Shown: positions 1 through 10,957, counted from the first letter of the stretch. The stretch is 64,000 nt of DNA from an uncultured Gammaproteobacteria bacterium (GCA_964654485.1 CAZZJI010000004.1:1104-65103), one strand, 5' to 3'. The notes: generated by a model from the letters alone, not told the origin. Translations and numbers: made by a program.

Positions 1-2048
1 ACGCCAAATTCCCGGGCTCGCTCTGCATCAATCTCCTCATTAAAACCGGACCACATAATCGCTTTCATATTAGGCTGGCTCTGTTTAACCGCATGCAGCA
101 ACTCAGCCCCATTCATACCCGGCATGGTATAATCTGTAATGATCAAATCAAAGAATCCTACCTTTTCTTTCGCTATCAATAGCGCTTCTTGTACTGAGGA
201 TACCGCTATAACTTCACAACCCCAGGATTCCAAGAATTCCTCGGCAAGCCGCATCAAAGAAACTTCATCATCAATAACCAGTACTTTACCTGTTAAGGAC
301 GCGTAATTTCCTTTCGTCGAAACAGGCTCATCAATAGTATGCTCACCTGCATTGCCCTCATCCCTTGGAAATAACAAGCGGAACGTTGCCCCCTCTCCGG
401 GCCTCGACTCCACCAGTATGTGACCTCCGGCCTCATGCATAATGCCATGCACAGTCGATAAGCCCATCCCCGTGCCTTTGCCCGCGTCCTTGGTGGTAAA
501 AAAATTATCAAACATTCTTTCCATGACTTCAGATTTAATGCCCTGCGCGCCATCAGTTACTGAAAGTTCCAGATATTCGGCGGCGATCAACTCGTGACAT
601 GAGGCACAATACTGTTGCGTATAGCTGCCTTTTGATATACGAATATTAATACAACCATGCCCTTCTAATGCATCCCGGGCATTAACACACAAGTTAATCA
701 CAAGTTGATGCAGATGAACCGGGTCACACAAAATTGCAGGCAGGTTTTCTTCGCAATCCAATACAATATCAACCGTTGCCGGAATCGATGCGCGCAGCAT
801 CTTTATGATTTCTTTGACTTGGGGAGCAACCTCCAGTACGCGGGGCTTGCTAATACTGCCACGGCTATATACCAGCATTTGCGCGATCAGGTCTCGTGCA
901 CGACGACTGGCCAGTAATATTTCGTTTAGATATTCCGACATGCTGTTGTCATCGCCCCTGCAGGCTTCCAAAGACAACTCGGTAAATCCCAATACCGCGG
1001 CAAGAATATTGTTAAAATCGTGCGCAATACCGCCTGTTAACTGCCCGATCGCTTCTATTTTTTGCGCTTGTTGCAACTGTTGGCGTAATTGTTTTGGAAA
1101 AGTGATATCACTGATAGAACCTACCATGCGTAACGGTTTGCCATCGCCCTCATCCCATAAGGCCTGGCCCTTGGCATGAAACCAGCGGTAATCATCATGA
1201 TCCGTGTGCACACGAAGTTCAATATCATAGGGCTTTCTATCTTGCAAATGAGCTTGTAGCGCGACTTGCGCAATATCAACATCATCAAGGTGAATGCGAT
1301 TCTCAAAAAACGAACGGGACTTCTCCGCACCACTCGCCTCGCCGACATCCACACCAAGCAATTCCATGAACTGAGGTGAATAATAAACTTCATCCGTCAC
1401 GGTGTTCCAGTCCCAAATACCATCACTGGAACCTCTGACAGCCAAGTCAAATCGCTCTTCGCTGAGGCGAACCGCCGCTTGCGCCCTGACGCTCTCTTGC
1501 AACTTTAATTCCAACTCTTTATTAAGCGCACTCAAGGCGGCTTCCTTTTTTAATAGTACATTATTTTTTTGTTCAAGGTCCGCGGCTTTTTTTTCCAGTT
1601 TTTGAACCAGGGTCTTGCTATATTTCTCATAAAAATCGTCACCTTCCAATTTAGGTGGTTGCGGATGATGATGTGTCGCAACTCCAGAGTGTATTACATC
1701 AATTATTTCTTCAGCCAATTGTTGATGCTCTAACGGTTTTATCAAAAACCGGTCTGCACCCAGACTGAGAGCCAACGCCCTGTCGTCGGATTCAACATAG
1801 GTGGCAGTGTAAAACACAAACGGGATATGACGTAAATCCGGATCAGTTTTCCATTGTCGACACAACTTGAAACCATCCATAACGGGCATGAGAATGTCGC
1901 TGACGATAAGCTCTGGTTGCTGCTGCTTGGCACAATCCAGCGCTTCCTCTCCGTTTGAGGCGACGGCAACGTCATAACCCTCACTTTCCAACAACACGCT
2001 TAGCATGTATCGATTTTGTTCTATGTCATCGACAACCAAAATACTCAC
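1..2048 (-). CDS. Hybrid sensor histidine kinase with N-terminal receiver, PAS, HisKA, HATPase_c and C-terminal receiver domains. The C-terminus runs off the window start. Probable GTG start near 2048.
   Basis: A continuous minus-strand reading frame from position 1 to a GTG at 2046-2048 translates as VSILVVDDIEQNRYML...DILMPVMDG (receiver), a PAS-like segment, the H-box IAHDFNNILAAV, a HATPase_c segment (...GKGTGMGLSTVHGIMHEAGGHILVESRPGEGATF), then a second receiver GKVLVIDDEV...ITDYTMPGMNG. It is absent from the ORF track because no stop codon lies inside the window. Confidence 0.7.
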   Translation of the reverse strand, partial: MSILVVDDIEQNRYMLSVLLESEGYDVAVASNGEEALDCAKQQQPELIVSDILMPVMDGFKLCRQWKTDPDLRHIPFVFYTATYVESDDRALALSLGADRFLIKPLEHQQLAEEIIDVIHSGVATHHHPQPPKLEGDDFYEKYSKTLVQKLEKKAADLEQKNNVLLKKEAALSALNKELELKLQESVRAQAAVRLSEERFDLAVRGSSDGIWDWNTVTDEVYYSPQFMELLGVDVGEASGAEKSRSFFENRIHLDDVDIAQVALQAHLQDRKPYDIELRVHTDHDDYRWFHAKGQALWDEGDGKPLRMVGSISDITFPKQLRQQLQQAQKIEAIGQLTGGIAHDFNNILAAVLGFTELSLEACRGDDNSMSEYLNEILLASRRARDLIAQMLVYSRGSISKPRVLEVAPQVKEIIKMLRASIPATVDIVLDCEENLPAILCDPVHLHQLVINLCVNARDALEGHGCINIRISKGSYTQQYCASCHELIAAEYLELSVTDGAQGIKSEVMERMFDNFFTTKDAGKGTGMGLSTVHGIMHEAGGHILVESRPGEGATFRLLFPRDEGNAGEHTIDEPVSTKGNYASLTGKVLVIDDEVSLMRLAEEFLESWGCEVIAVSSVQEALLIAKEKVGFFDLIITDYTMPGMNGAELLHAVKQSQPNMKAIMWSGFNEEIDAERAREFG

Positions 2049-2085
2049 ACTATATTCCTTTCATAATTTGTGTATTAAGCAATAC

Positions 2086-2448
2086 CTACCCAGCAATTAA
2101 ATAATCTTCGATTTGATCGACAAATTTTTGTGGATCTATCGGCTTTTCAATATAGCCATCGCAGCCTGAGGCCAGAATTTCATCTCGATCACCTGCCATG
2201 GCTTTTGCCGTTAACGCGATAACCCTGAGCGCAGCATTGTTCTGCTTAATCAATTTTGTGGCATCAAGGCCGTTCATCACCGGCATCTGAATGTCCATTA
2301 ATATCAATTCAAAGGCGTGCTGTCTGGCCGCACCCACCGCTTCTTTCCCATCATGTGCTTCCTTTATTGAATGACCGCGCTGCTCAAGTAAAAAACGAGC
2401 AAGATATAGATTCTGTGCATTATCGTCGGCTATTAAGATAAGGCTCAT
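2086..2448 (-). CDS. Single-domain CheY-like response regulator (receiver only)
   Basis: 120 aa. ILIADDNAQN...LMDIQMPVMNGLDATKLIK...ALTAKAMAGDRDEILASGCDGYIEKPI is the classic receiver-fold signature. It is co-directional with the flanking kinases. Confidence 0.85.
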   Translation of the reverse strand: MSLILIADDNAQNLYLARFLLEQRGHSIKEAHDGKEAVGAARQHAFELILMDIQMPVMNGLDATKLIKQNNAALRVIALTAKAMAGDRDEILASGCDGYIEKPIDPQKFVDQIEDYLIAG

Positions 2449-2466
2449 ACCATGTCACCTTTTCAA

Positions 2467-2503
2467 CTAGTACACCGTCAAGGCTATTTTGACGGTGTAC
2501 TAG
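2467..2503. repeat. Perfect 15-bp inverted repeat (ctagtacaccgtcaa ggctatt ttgacggtgtactag) overlapping the kinase stop codon. It resembles a REP-like palindromic element or a transcript-stabilising hairpin.
   Basis: Read directly. The arms are 2467-2481 and 2489-2503 and the loop is 7 nt. The kinase stop codon (2484-2486) lies in the loop. The left arm plus loop recurs at 14055-14077. Confidence 0.8.
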
Positions 2504-5174
2504 AACTCACTGTGAAACTTGGACGGGTCAACACCTGACCCACCTCATGCAACATATCTTGGCGATTAAATTCTCCTTTGCTAAGCACCTGTCCAACATT
2601 TGTGTATAAATAATCCTTCTCGGCTTCGCTCAGGGCTTTCGCACTAACTACAATAAGTGGAATATCTCTGGTTTGTGTTTTCTCTTTTAAGCGCCGGATA
2701 ATTTCAAAACCACTCATGCCCGGCATCATCAAATCAAGCAAAATAATGCCTGGTTTCTTTTTATCCACCATGCCCAAGGCCAAATCACCACTTGTCGCAT
2801 GGCGCACCTGATAACCCTCAGGTTCCAGCATCGACCTGAGCAGTTCGGCATCTTGGCTATGGTCCTCTACAACGAGCACATCGTTGGCCACATCCAACCT
2901 TATTTCATTTAATGCATCAATTAAACGCCCGGACTCAACCGGCTTTCGTATAAAATCCACCGCACCCAATGACAGTCCAAGATTTCGTTCATCAAGAATC
3001 GATATAATAATAACCGGAATATCGAACGTGGCTGGGTCGCCCTTCAGAGACGCCAGTGTTGCCCAACCGTTTTGCCCAGGCATAAAGATATCCAGCGTAA
3101 TAGCAAACGGCTTGTGTTCCTGCGCCAAAGCCAGAGCTTCTCCTCCACTTTTTGTAAGTATTGTTCTATAACCTTCGTTATGCAGATAACTGCGTAACAA
3201 CTCCAGCGCATCTGGCTGGTCATCCACCACCAGCACTAAACGACCTTCGCTTTCGTCACCAACACCATGACCAACACGTCTGGGTGCAATTATTTTATGT
3301 GTATGGCCAAACGAATCAACCGCAAAGGGTAAACAAATTGTAAATATTGAACCCTGCCCGACTTGACTTTCTACTTTGATCTCACCACCCAGCAATGAAA
3401 GAAATTCCTTACAAATAGCCAGACCCAAACCTGTCCCCTGATGTACACGTGTATCACTACTTTCCACCTGACGAAATGCATCAAATACGCCCTCAAGATG
3501 TTCAGTATCGATACCAACCCCGGTGTCTTTAACAACGAAAATTGCATCTTCGCCCTGCTGCCTGCATGAAAGTGTCACGCAACCCTGCTCGGTAAACTTC
3601 AGCGCATTACTCAATAAATTAACCAACACCTGGCGCAGTTTATTTTTATCGGTATATAACGTGGTCGGCGCTTTTTCTGCCTCTACAATCAATTGCAGCC
3701 CCTTCGCCTGCGCTTGCACTGACATCAGTTCCTCTAGCTCTTCGAGCAAAGACTGGATATCTAATTGCGAATTGTTTATGTCAAGTTTCCCGGCCTCCAC
3801 CTTGGAAAGATCGAGCACTTCATTGATCAATTCCAGCAAGTGTTTAGCGCTGTCGTAGACCATACCCAGTTGTTTCTTTTGTTCCTCATTTACCGGTCCG
3901 ACAACACCATCCTTGATGATGCCGCTAAAACCTATTATAGAATTTAACGGGGTACGTAGTTCATGGCTCATGTTGGCCAGAAATTCAGACTTCGCCTGTG
4001 TGGCAGCAAGTGCAGCATCACGCGCCTGCGCCAATTCTTTTGTGCGTTCCTCGACTAGTTCTTCGAGATTATCACGGTGTTGCTTGAGTTCGATCTCGGC
4101 CAGCTTACGATCCGTAATATCAATAAAAGTCACCACCGCACCCACCAGTTCGTTTGCTTGATAAATAGGATGCGACCAATATTCAACCGCAAAACTCGTA
4201 TTATTCTTGCGCCACAGTATCTTACTTTCGATATGTGTCGTCTCCCCTTGTGTAGCGGACCGATATATATGGCAATCTTCAACCGCGTGATGCACACCAT
4301 CCTTGCGGGTGTGATGGATCAACTGATGCGCATCCTGGCCAAGCAAATCGTTTATATTGTCGTAACCCAACATTTCGAGACAGGACCGATTAGCAAATGT
4401 GCATCTACCTTGCCCATCCATACCATAGATAGCCTCAGCCGTTGAATCCATTAATAGCTGCACCTGATCCTGGCTCGCCTTTAATGCCACAAAGGATTGG
4501 TTGATATTACTTTGCATTTCATTTATAGCGTCTACTACAAAATCAAGCTCGTCCACTTGGTTATCATCATTCGCTTTGCGATCAAGCAATAATTTTTTTT
4601 CATTATTAACGTCAAATGTGCGAGTAAAATTTGCGATGCGGATTAAATGCCGGGTAGTCAATTTGTAGAAAACAAAAAGAATAAACCCGGCCACCAAAAA
4701 AGTCTTAATGCCATTGTTAATCAATATAACCCAAACCTTGTCAATCAGGCGTTGATATACACCCGAAAGGCTAGCGACAATGGTCAAGGTGCCAATTTCG
4801 ATATCCCGACCACGGTGCGTATACACCATCGGATATTTCCGGGAAATAGCGTTGTTAACCTGTCGATCTCCGATGGACACCCATACTTTATCCTGATCCC
4901 TGATTTCCAGAAACTGTATATCACGGCGCTGTGAAATACCATCCAAGTGTGTTTTTAATTCCTTGGCATCAGACACCCAAAGCGTCGCCGTTAGACTTTT
5001 TAAATGAACCGTTTCGGTTTCTTGCAATTGCTGTTCGATCAGACTGATATCGCTGTTATAGTCCCGATACAACTGAATTGTGGTTGTTAATAATGTAATA
5101 CAAGAGCTAAACAGCACCACATAAATAATAAGTTTACGGGCAACACCAGACCTGATTTCCAGACGATTATTCAC
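2484..5174 (-). CDS. Hybrid sensor histidine kinase with a TM/periplasmic sensor, PAS, HisKA, HATPase_c and two C-terminal receiver domains
   Basis: 896 aa. N-terminal TM helices are followed by the PAS-like MDSTAEAIYGMDGQGRCTFAN, the H-box MSHELRTPLNSIIGFSG, and a HATPase_c segment with DTGVGI...GTGLGLAICK. Two receivers follow (LVLVVDDQPD...DIFMPGQNG and VLVVEDHSQD...LDLMMPGMSG). Confidence 0.85.
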   Translation of the reverse strand: MNNRLEIRSGVARKLIIYVVLFSSCITLLTTTIQLYRDYNSDISLIEQQLQETETVHLKSLTATLWVSDAKELKTHLDGISQRRDIQFLEIRDQDKVWVSIGDRQVNNAISRKYPMVYTHRGRDIEIGTLTIVASLSGVYQRLIDKVWVILINNGIKTFLVAGFILFVFYKLTTRHLIRIANFTRTFDVNNEKKLLLDRKANDDNQVDELDFVVDAINEMQSNINQSFVALKASQDQVQLLMDSTAEAIYGMDGQGRCTFANRSCLEMLGYDNINDLLGQDAHQLIHHTRKDGVHHAVEDCHIYRSATQGETTHIESKILWRKNNTSFAVEYWSHPIYQANELVGAVVTFIDITDRKLAEIELKQHRDNLEELVEERTKELAQARDAALAATQAKSEFLANMSHELRTPLNSIIGFSGIIKDGVVGPVNEEQKKQLGMVYDSAKHLLELINEVLDLSKVEAGKLDINNSQLDIQSLLEELEELMSVQAQAKGLQLIVEAEKAPTTLYTDKNKLRQVLVNLLSNALKFTEQGCVTLSCRQQGEDAIFVVKDTGVGIDTEHLEGVFDAFRQVESSDTRVHQGTGLGLAICKEFLSLLGGEIKVESQVGQGSIFTICLPFAVDSFGHTHKIIAPRRVGHGVGDESEGRLVLVVDDQPDALELLRSYLHNEGYRTILTKSGGEALALAQEHKPFAITLDIFMPGQNGWATLASLKGDPATFDIPVIIISILDERNLGLSLGAVDFIRKPVESGRLIDALNEIRLDVANDVLVVEDHSQDAELLRSMLEPEGYQVRHATSGDLALGMVDKKKPGIILLDLMMPGMSGFEIIRRLKEKTQTRDIPLIVVSAKALSEAEKDYLYTNVGQVLSKGEFNRQDMLHEVGQVLTRPSFTVSSSTPSK

Positions 5175-6001
5175 CTACCCGCCCCCCAAATCAATGGCAA
5201 CAATATGCGCTGATAAGCACGTTGGTAGCTTCCATCTGCTTTGAGTGCGCGCAACGCAGCAGCCAATTTTGGCACTAATTGCTGGTGTTTTTTGTGTAGA
5301 TACACATACATGCTACTGCGATCCAGTGGCGGCTCAAGAATTCTTATGTCCTTCATCTGATACTGGTTGATATAATCCAACCCCGCCCATCGCGAATAAA
5401 CGATCACATCCACCCGGTCTTTTTGTAACATGGTAAAAAGCTGATAGACATTTTTGACTTTTGTCAGTTCAACCACGTGAGTAATATTTCGCTCCAGAAT
5501 TTTCCAACCGGTGATAATAGAAACAGAATACGCATTCAAACTTTGCCAATTGCTAATTGGCGATGCAACATGTTTAGTAAACACCACAAATTCAAGATCG
5601 ATGATCGGTTCCGGCACTTGGATCAAATTGGGATAGGTTTTCTGCAGCCCACCGATACGCAGTAAATCGCCATCATCGATACCGGCATTCGCATTAATTA
5701 ATGCGCGTTCAGCCGGTAATTTAACTGATTTTAATTTATACCCGATACGTTCTAAAGCGTCTCCTACAATAACATCGACAAAGCCATTTTGTGCGTCGTT
5801 AGTTAACGGGGTCGTAAGCGCAGTGTTCAACACCAAACTTTCGGTCGCAAAAACTAAACCAGAAAAACTACTGACGCTCAGCAGCCAGCACAACAACAAA
5901 AAACGAAATTTTGTTTTATTGCAGCATCGTATTTTATCGTGGCATTGGCACAGTGATACGCATTCATCGCATATCATTTTCCATATTGGCACTATGTTCA
6001 T
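5171..6001 (-). CDS. Periplasmic solute-binding protein, family 3 (amino-acid/ligand-binding type), probably a sensor-associated binding protein. The start is uncertain: the ORF-track start at 6166 overlaps the upstream kinase gene.
   Basis: The signal-peptide-like FLLLCWLLSVSSFSGLVFA is followed by a two-lobe SBP-like sequence (GFVDVIVGDALERIGYKLK...VDVIVYSRWAGLDY). The likely start is an internal Met near 5977-6001, because the kinase gene ends at 6066. Confidence 0.55.
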   Translation of the reverse strand: MNIVPIWKMICDECVSLCQCHDKIRCCNKTKFRFLLLCWLLSVSSFSGLVFATESLVLNTALTTPLTNDAQNGFVDVIVGDALERIGYKLKSVKLPAERALINANAGIDDGDLLRIGGLQKTYPNLIQVPEPIIDLEFVVFTKHVASPISNWQSLNAYSVSIITGWKILERNITHVVELTKVKNVYQLFTMLQKDRVDVIVYSRWAGLDYINQYQMKDIRILEPPLDRSSMYVYLHKKHQQLVPKLAAALRALKADGSYQRAYQRILLPLIWGAGR

Positions 6002-6065
6002 TCTGATCTCCGCTCTGATCTCAGCTCTGATTTCACTCATTGTGAGCTTGTTTAGCCGTCCTTTT

Positions 6066-7634
6066 TTACACCGTCTGCTTGCTGATTTCGGATTCCACAA
6101 CCGCATTCGGTAAGCAAACTGTAAAAACCGAGCCCCGCCCTGGCTCGCTTTGAGCACTGATTTCACCCCCTAATAATGCAACAAATTCTTTGCAAATAGT
6201 CAGACCCAGACCGGTTCCCTGATGTTGTCGGGCAGCTCCCCTCTGTTCCTGGTAAAACGCATTGAAAACTTCCTCTAATTGACCTCTATTTATACCCACC
6301 CCGGTATCTTTTACTGAAAAATAAACTGCTTTTTTTTGCTGCCAGCACGAAAGAGTCACAGTCCCCCGCTCAGTAAATTTAACGGCATTACCTAGCAGAT
6401 TAACCAATACTTGCTTGATTTTGCTTTGATCAGTAAACAAGACTTGCGGCGCGTTGCTTGCTTCAACACGCAAACTTAAGCCCTTTCTATCTGCTTGTAA
6501 GTACAACATATCCTGTAATTCCGCTAACATGGGTTCCAATAAAAACTGTGACTTACTCGCTACCGACATTCCAGCCTCTATTTTAGACAGGTTCAGCACG
6601 TCATTTATTAACTGCAGCAGGTGTTGAGCACTATCAAACACCATACCAAGTTGTTTCTTTTGTTCTTCATTAACAGGTCCGGCTATACCATCCTTGATTA
6701 GCCCACTGAAACCAATAATGGAATTTAATGGAGTACGTAACTCATGGCTCATTTTCGCCAAAAATACGGATTTGGCAGAAACTGCTTCAAGTGCTTCATC
6801 ACGCGCATTTTTTAACTCATTCAACTCACGCATACGCTCTTCTACAAGCTCCTGCAAATGTTTACGCTTACTAATATCATGAACTATGACCAACACTGTC
6901 GGCCGGCCTTGCCAGAGAGTTTTCGCCGCTGTCAATTCCACCGGAATATTTTTACCAAGCTTGTTTACCAACACCGTCTCATAACGATTTCGTACATTTT
7001 CTCCGGCCATACGCCGTTTAAATTGACTCAGGACAAATTCGTATTGATCCGGATGAATCAAATCCTTTATACCGGTTTGATATATTTCTTCTTCACTGTA
7101 GCCCGTCATATCCAGAATATATTGATTGGCAAACGTACAGCGGCCATCCGCGTCAATGCCGTAGATTGCCTCGGCGGTGGAATCAAGCAACAACCGAACC
7201 TGATCTTCACTTTTGTTCGGCGTGTCTTTTGTTTCCTGGTGTGCCTTAACTAGCGTAAGTAACTGGCGATTAATTTTAGACAAAGAAACATACCGCCAAA
7301 TAAACATAACAACCATGGACAGCAACACAAGTGCGCCCATAGAAATCAATACACGTTCTACCGTCCAAAAAATGGGTTGCCCACCATACCATTGAACAAA
7401 ACCTTTGGTATTGCCTTCATCATCGAGACCGTAGAGAGGGGGAGAATTGGCGGGCACAATTGCAACAACATCAAGGGTGTTTTGACGGGTGTTCTGTTGA
7501 TCATCTGCAATATCAGCTGCAGGTGACAACAACGACATAAACAGCAGCGAAAAAAAAGTGATGCTTATGACAACAAGCAAAAACGCGGTTCTTGAGTCAT
7601 ATCGCCAGGTTGGTAAATCGAGTCCACATTTCAC
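6066..7634 (-). CDS. Membrane sensor histidine kinase (TM, PAS, HisKA, HATPase_c; no receiver). It is a paralog of the kinase at 2484-5174.
   Basis: 522 aa. The PAS-like LDSTAEAIYGIDADGRCTFAN, H-box MSHELRTPLNSIIGFSGLIKDG and G-boxes are near-identical to the 896-aa kinase. Confidence 0.85.
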   Translation of the reverse strand: MKCGLDLPTWRYDSRTAFLLVVISITFFSLLFMSLLSPAADIADDQQNTRQNTLDVVAIVPANSPPLYGLDDEGNTKGFVQWYGGQPIFWTVERVLISMGALVLLSMVVMFIWRYVSLSKINRQLLTLVKAHQETKDTPNKSEDQVRLLLDSTAEAIYGIDADGRCTFANQYILDMTGYSEEEIYQTGIKDLIHPDQYEFVLSQFKRRMAGENVRNRYETVLVNKLGKNIPVELTAAKTLWQGRPTVLVIVHDISKRKHLQELVEERMRELNELKNARDEALEAVSAKSVFLAKMSHELRTPLNSIIGFSGLIKDGIAGPVNEEQKKQLGMVFDSAQHLLQLINDVLNLSKIEAGMSVASKSQFLLEPMLAELQDMLYLQADRKGLSLRVEASNAPQVLFTDQSKIKQVLVNLLGNAVKFTERGTVTLSCWQQKKAVYFSVKDTGVGINRGQLEEVFNAFYQEQRGAARQHQGTGLGLTICKEFVALLGGEISAQSEPGRGSVFTVCLPNAVVESEISKQTV

Positions 7635-7861
7635 AAGCAGCCATTCCCATAACAGATGAAAAAGTTACCCGATATGCAAGCGGCCAAGCACACCACCAAA
7701 AAATGACCATTTATATGTCAGGCACACAACAAGCAGAGTAAGCTTCCAGTTACGCCAACAACAAAGATTATAGACCTATTCCAATACAGAGCAAATTTAC
7801 CGATACATCACTTAAAACCAGTACCAAACGACAAACTTATTCAAACAGGCATATCATCGCG

Positions 7862-9082
7862 CTAACCAGTAATCGAAACACGAGCAAAGCGACGTTTACC
7901 TACCTGATAGACATGCGTACTACCAGACTTTATTGTCAGCTTATTATCAACTATACGCTCACCATCTATTTTTACCGCACCCTGTTTAATCATACGGTTC
8001 GCCTCAGAAGTACTGGATGTTAATGCGGCATCTTTCAGTAAATTAGCGATGAGGTAACGCCCCTCCTTTGGATCAAGCTCTATCTCTGGCATTTCGTCAG
8101 GCATGGCGCCTTTCTGAAACCGGGCGATAAAATTTTCCCGGGCTTTTGTCGCACAAGTTGCGTCATGGAATCGCGTAATAATTTCTTCTGCTAGTAAAAA
8201 TTTGATATCACGTGGATTAGCACCAATGGATACTTCATTTTTGAATCTTTCTATTTCCGGCAAAGGCCGAAAGCTCAGTAATTCAAAGTAACGCCACATT
8301 AGCTCATCTGAGACAGACATGATCTTGCCAAACATCTCATCTGGCGCTTCGTTGATTCCTATGTAGTTATTAAGCGACTTTGACATTTTTTGAACACCGT
8401 CCAGGCCTTCCAAGATCGGCATTGTCAACACAACTTGTGACTTTTGCTTGTAATGTTTTTGCAACTCGCGCCCCACCAACATATTAAACTTCTGGTCAGT
8501 TCCGCCCAGCTCAACGTCGGCCTTCATTTCGACAGAATCGTACCCTTGTATTAATGGGTATAAAAACTCATGAATGGCGATCGGCTGTCCACCTGAATAA
8601 CGCTTGTTGAAGTCATCTCGTTCCAACATACGCGCCACAGTGTGCTTTGCCGCCAGTTGCACCAAATCAGACGCACTCATTTGGCCCATCCAGCTTGAAT
8701 TGAACATCACCTGTGTTTTTTCAGGGTCAAGTATTTTGTAAATCTGCGATTCGTAACTACGTGCATTTTCGACAACATCTTCGCGGGTTAATGCGGGACG
8801 CGTGGTGTTTTTACCTGTCGGGTCGCCAATCATGCCGGTAAAATCACCGATCAGAAAAAGGATCTGGTGCCCCAGGTCCTGGAAATGACGTAATTTGTTA
8901 ATCAGCACAGTATGCCCCAGATGCAAATCCGGCGCGGTAGGATCAAATCCGGCCTTGATTCTAAGGGGATGGCCAGATTCAAGTTTTTTAACCAACTCAT
9001 CTTCAAGCAGTATTTCCTGAGCACCCCTTTTTATGAGGTCCAATGATTCATTTAGCGATGGCATAGACTTTTTCTTATTCAC
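7862..9082 (-). CDS. tyrS: Tyrosine--tRNA ligase
   Basis: 406 aa. It has the HIGH-type motif ([12 protein letters not shown]), the KMSKS motif, and a C-terminal S4-like domain. Confidence 0.93.
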   Translation of the reverse strand: MNKKKSMPSLNESLDLIKRGAQEILLEDELVKKLESGHPLRIKAGFDPTAPDLHLGHTVLINKLRHFQDLGHQILFLIGDFTGMIGDPTGKNTTRPALTREDVVENARSYESQIYKILDPEKTQVMFNSSWMGQMSASDLVQLAAKHTVARMLERDDFNKRYSGGQPIAIHEFLYPLIQGYDSVEMKADVELGGTDQKFNMLVGRELQKHYKQKSQVVLTMPILEGLDGVQKMSKSLNNYIGINEAPDEMFGKIMSVSDELMWRYFELLSFRPLPEIERFKNEVSIGANPRDIKFLLAEEIITRFHDATCATKARENFIARFQKGAMPDEMPEIELDPKEGRYLIANLLKDAALTSSTSEANRMIKQGAVKIDGERIVDNKLTIKSGSTHVYQVGKRRFARVSITG

Positions 9083-9445
9083 AATATCCCTTCGAAATCT
9101 CTTTTGACTATAACTTTTGATTACAAAAAGGCAAGATTAACACACTACTGCGGAATAAAAGGACCAGATACACACCCTCGTTGGCCGCCTAAGTGACTTA
9201 AAACAAAAACAAAATTAGGAAATATAGCGTATTGTGCTACATTTAACATGATTTATATTGTAATGAAAAATCAACTTGTCATCATTTTTGGCCGATATAC
9301 TATAAAGCAGTAAAAATAAGGTTTAGGAAGTATGGGCGGCTGTATTTGCGCGCAATTTCCGCACATAAGGATTGATCAGGCATTTCGAGTTCTTGCATTT
9401 TCGAACTTTATTCGAACTTTTAGGGAGCACGATTAACTAACACGT

Positions 9446-10957
9446 ATGTCAAAATACACACCGATAAATCGCGACTATAAAAACCTTCCCTCCCAGAATA
9501 ACCGTATTGCTTCGCCAATATCGAGTAAATATTGGGCGTTAATAACAACCGGGATGGGCTTGGTCGTCGGCGCCATAACCCTTTTTTCGTTAAATACGCC
9601 TTTAACCACAATTCAAACGCCACAGATAAGCATAACGCCTCACTCAACAACAGAAGAACCCGCGTTAGAGAAGCTCACCGCTTTAGAGCCGACGACCATG
9701 CCGACGACGACATCAACATCTGATTCGGCATTTACTTCGACAATTGCTTCTACATCTGCCAAAACGCCTGTTCCAGCAAAACGAAGAGTGTCATTGGCAT
9801 TGCCCCAATTAAATGAAAGCAAAACCAATATTGATCAACTGACACCCAACAGCGAATACTGGCGAACCGTTAAAGTGCGTAAAGGAGACAATCTCGCCCG
9901 CATTTTTTCGCGTTTAGATCTGGACCCAACGCTTTTACAGCGTATTTTATCTTCGGGCAAAAAAGCGCGGCGTCTAAAACACTTGAAACCAGGACAAAAA
10001 ATAAAATTTCTATTCACCGATTATGAATTTACATCGCTAATTCATGAAATTAGCAAAACGAAACATATACGGATTGATAAAAAAGGCATTGATTTTGTCG
10101 CCACTGACATCAAACGCGTACCGGAATCACATATTACACATGCCACGGGCGAAATAACGTCTTCGCTTTTTCGCTCGGCAAAAAAAGCAGGCTTATCAGA
10201 AAATCTGATCATGGATATGGCTAATATCTTTGGTTGGGATATCGATTTTGCGTTGGACTTACGCAAAGGTGATTCTTTTATCGTAGCTTATGAGGAACTG
10301 TTTCTCGATGGAGAAAAAATCAGCAATGGCAAAATCGTCGCCGCCGAATTTATAAATGACCAAAAAACGTTTCGCGCCGTAAGTTACACAGACCCGGCTA
10401 GAAAAACCGGCTATTACACACCCGAAGGCCGCAATATGCGCAAAGCATTTTTAAGATCACCTGTCGATTTTACCCGCATCAGCTCGCGGTTTGGTAAACG
10501 CCGTCACCCAATACTCAACCGTATGCGTGTACACAAGGGGGTGGATTATGCCGCGCCCAGGGGCACACCCATTAGAACAACGGGCGACGGCAAAATCTTT
10601 TTTAAAGGTAGAAAAGGCGGCTATGGAAAAACAATCATCGTGCAACATGGCAGTGGCAAACAAACCTTGTATGCACATATGTCGGGGTATAAGCGCGGCA
10701 TTAAACGCGGTAAACACGTCAAACAGGGGCAAACTATTGGGTTTGTTGGCAGCACCGGCCGTACAACCGGACCGCATTTGCATTACGAATTTCGAATTAA
10801 CGGTGTACACCGTAATCCATTAAAACTGAAATTTGCCAACGCAAAACCGGTCCCAAAAAAATTTGAAGATGACTTTAATCATAAAACCAGCGGATACATC
10901 GCGTTACTGGATGTGTTGGGCAATCGCAACGTCGCACTAACGTCACATTTAAAGTAG
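9446..10957 (+). CDS. Peptidoglycan DD-metalloendopeptidase of the M23 family, with an N-terminal membrane anchor and an OapA/LysM-like region
   Basis: 503 aa. The C-terminal M23 signature is HKGVDYAAPRGTPI...GYGKTIIVQHG...GSTGRTTGPHLHYE. The position between tyrS and anmK matches known gammaproteobacterial synteny. Confidence 0.85.
   Translation: MSKYTPINRDYKNLPSQNNRIASPISSKYWALITTGMGLVVGAITLFSLNTPLTTIQTPQISITPHSTTEEPALEKLTALEPTTMPTTTSTSDSAFTSTIASTSAKTPVPAKRRVSLALPQLNESKTNIDQLTPNSEYWRTVKVRKGDNLARIFSRLDLDPTLLQRILSSGKKARRLKHLKPGQKIKFLFTDYEFTSLIHEISKTKHIRIDKKGIDFVATDIKRVPESHITHATGEITSSLFRSAKKAGLSENLIMDMANIFGWDIDFALDLRKGDSFIVAYEELFLDGEKISNGKIVAAEFINDQKTFRAVSYTDPARKTGYYTPEGRNMRKAFLRSPVDFTRISSRFGKRRHPILNRMRVHKGVDYAAPRGTPIRTTGDGKIFFKGRKGGYGKTIIVQHGSGKQTLYAHMSGYKRGIKRGKHVKQGQTIGFVGSTGRTTGPHLHYEFRINGVHRNPLKLKFANAKPVPKKFEDDFNHKTSGYIALLDVLGNRNVALTSHLK

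Noticed and set aside
2884-4934. Multiple plus-strand ORFs of 60-120 aa inside the 2484-5174 kinase gene (for example 3523-3858 and 4077-4445)
   Set aside because: They are antisense shadow ORFs within a well-supported long CDS. They are low-complexity and have no recognisable motifs.
5171-6166. Using the full ORF-track extent (to 6166) for the solute-binding protein, including the MSEIRAEIRAEIR segment
   Set aside because: The upstream 100 nt overlap the kinase gene ending at 6066, and that segment is encoded by a 12-bp tandem repeat. A start at an internal Met just before the hydrophobic signal sequence is more plausible.
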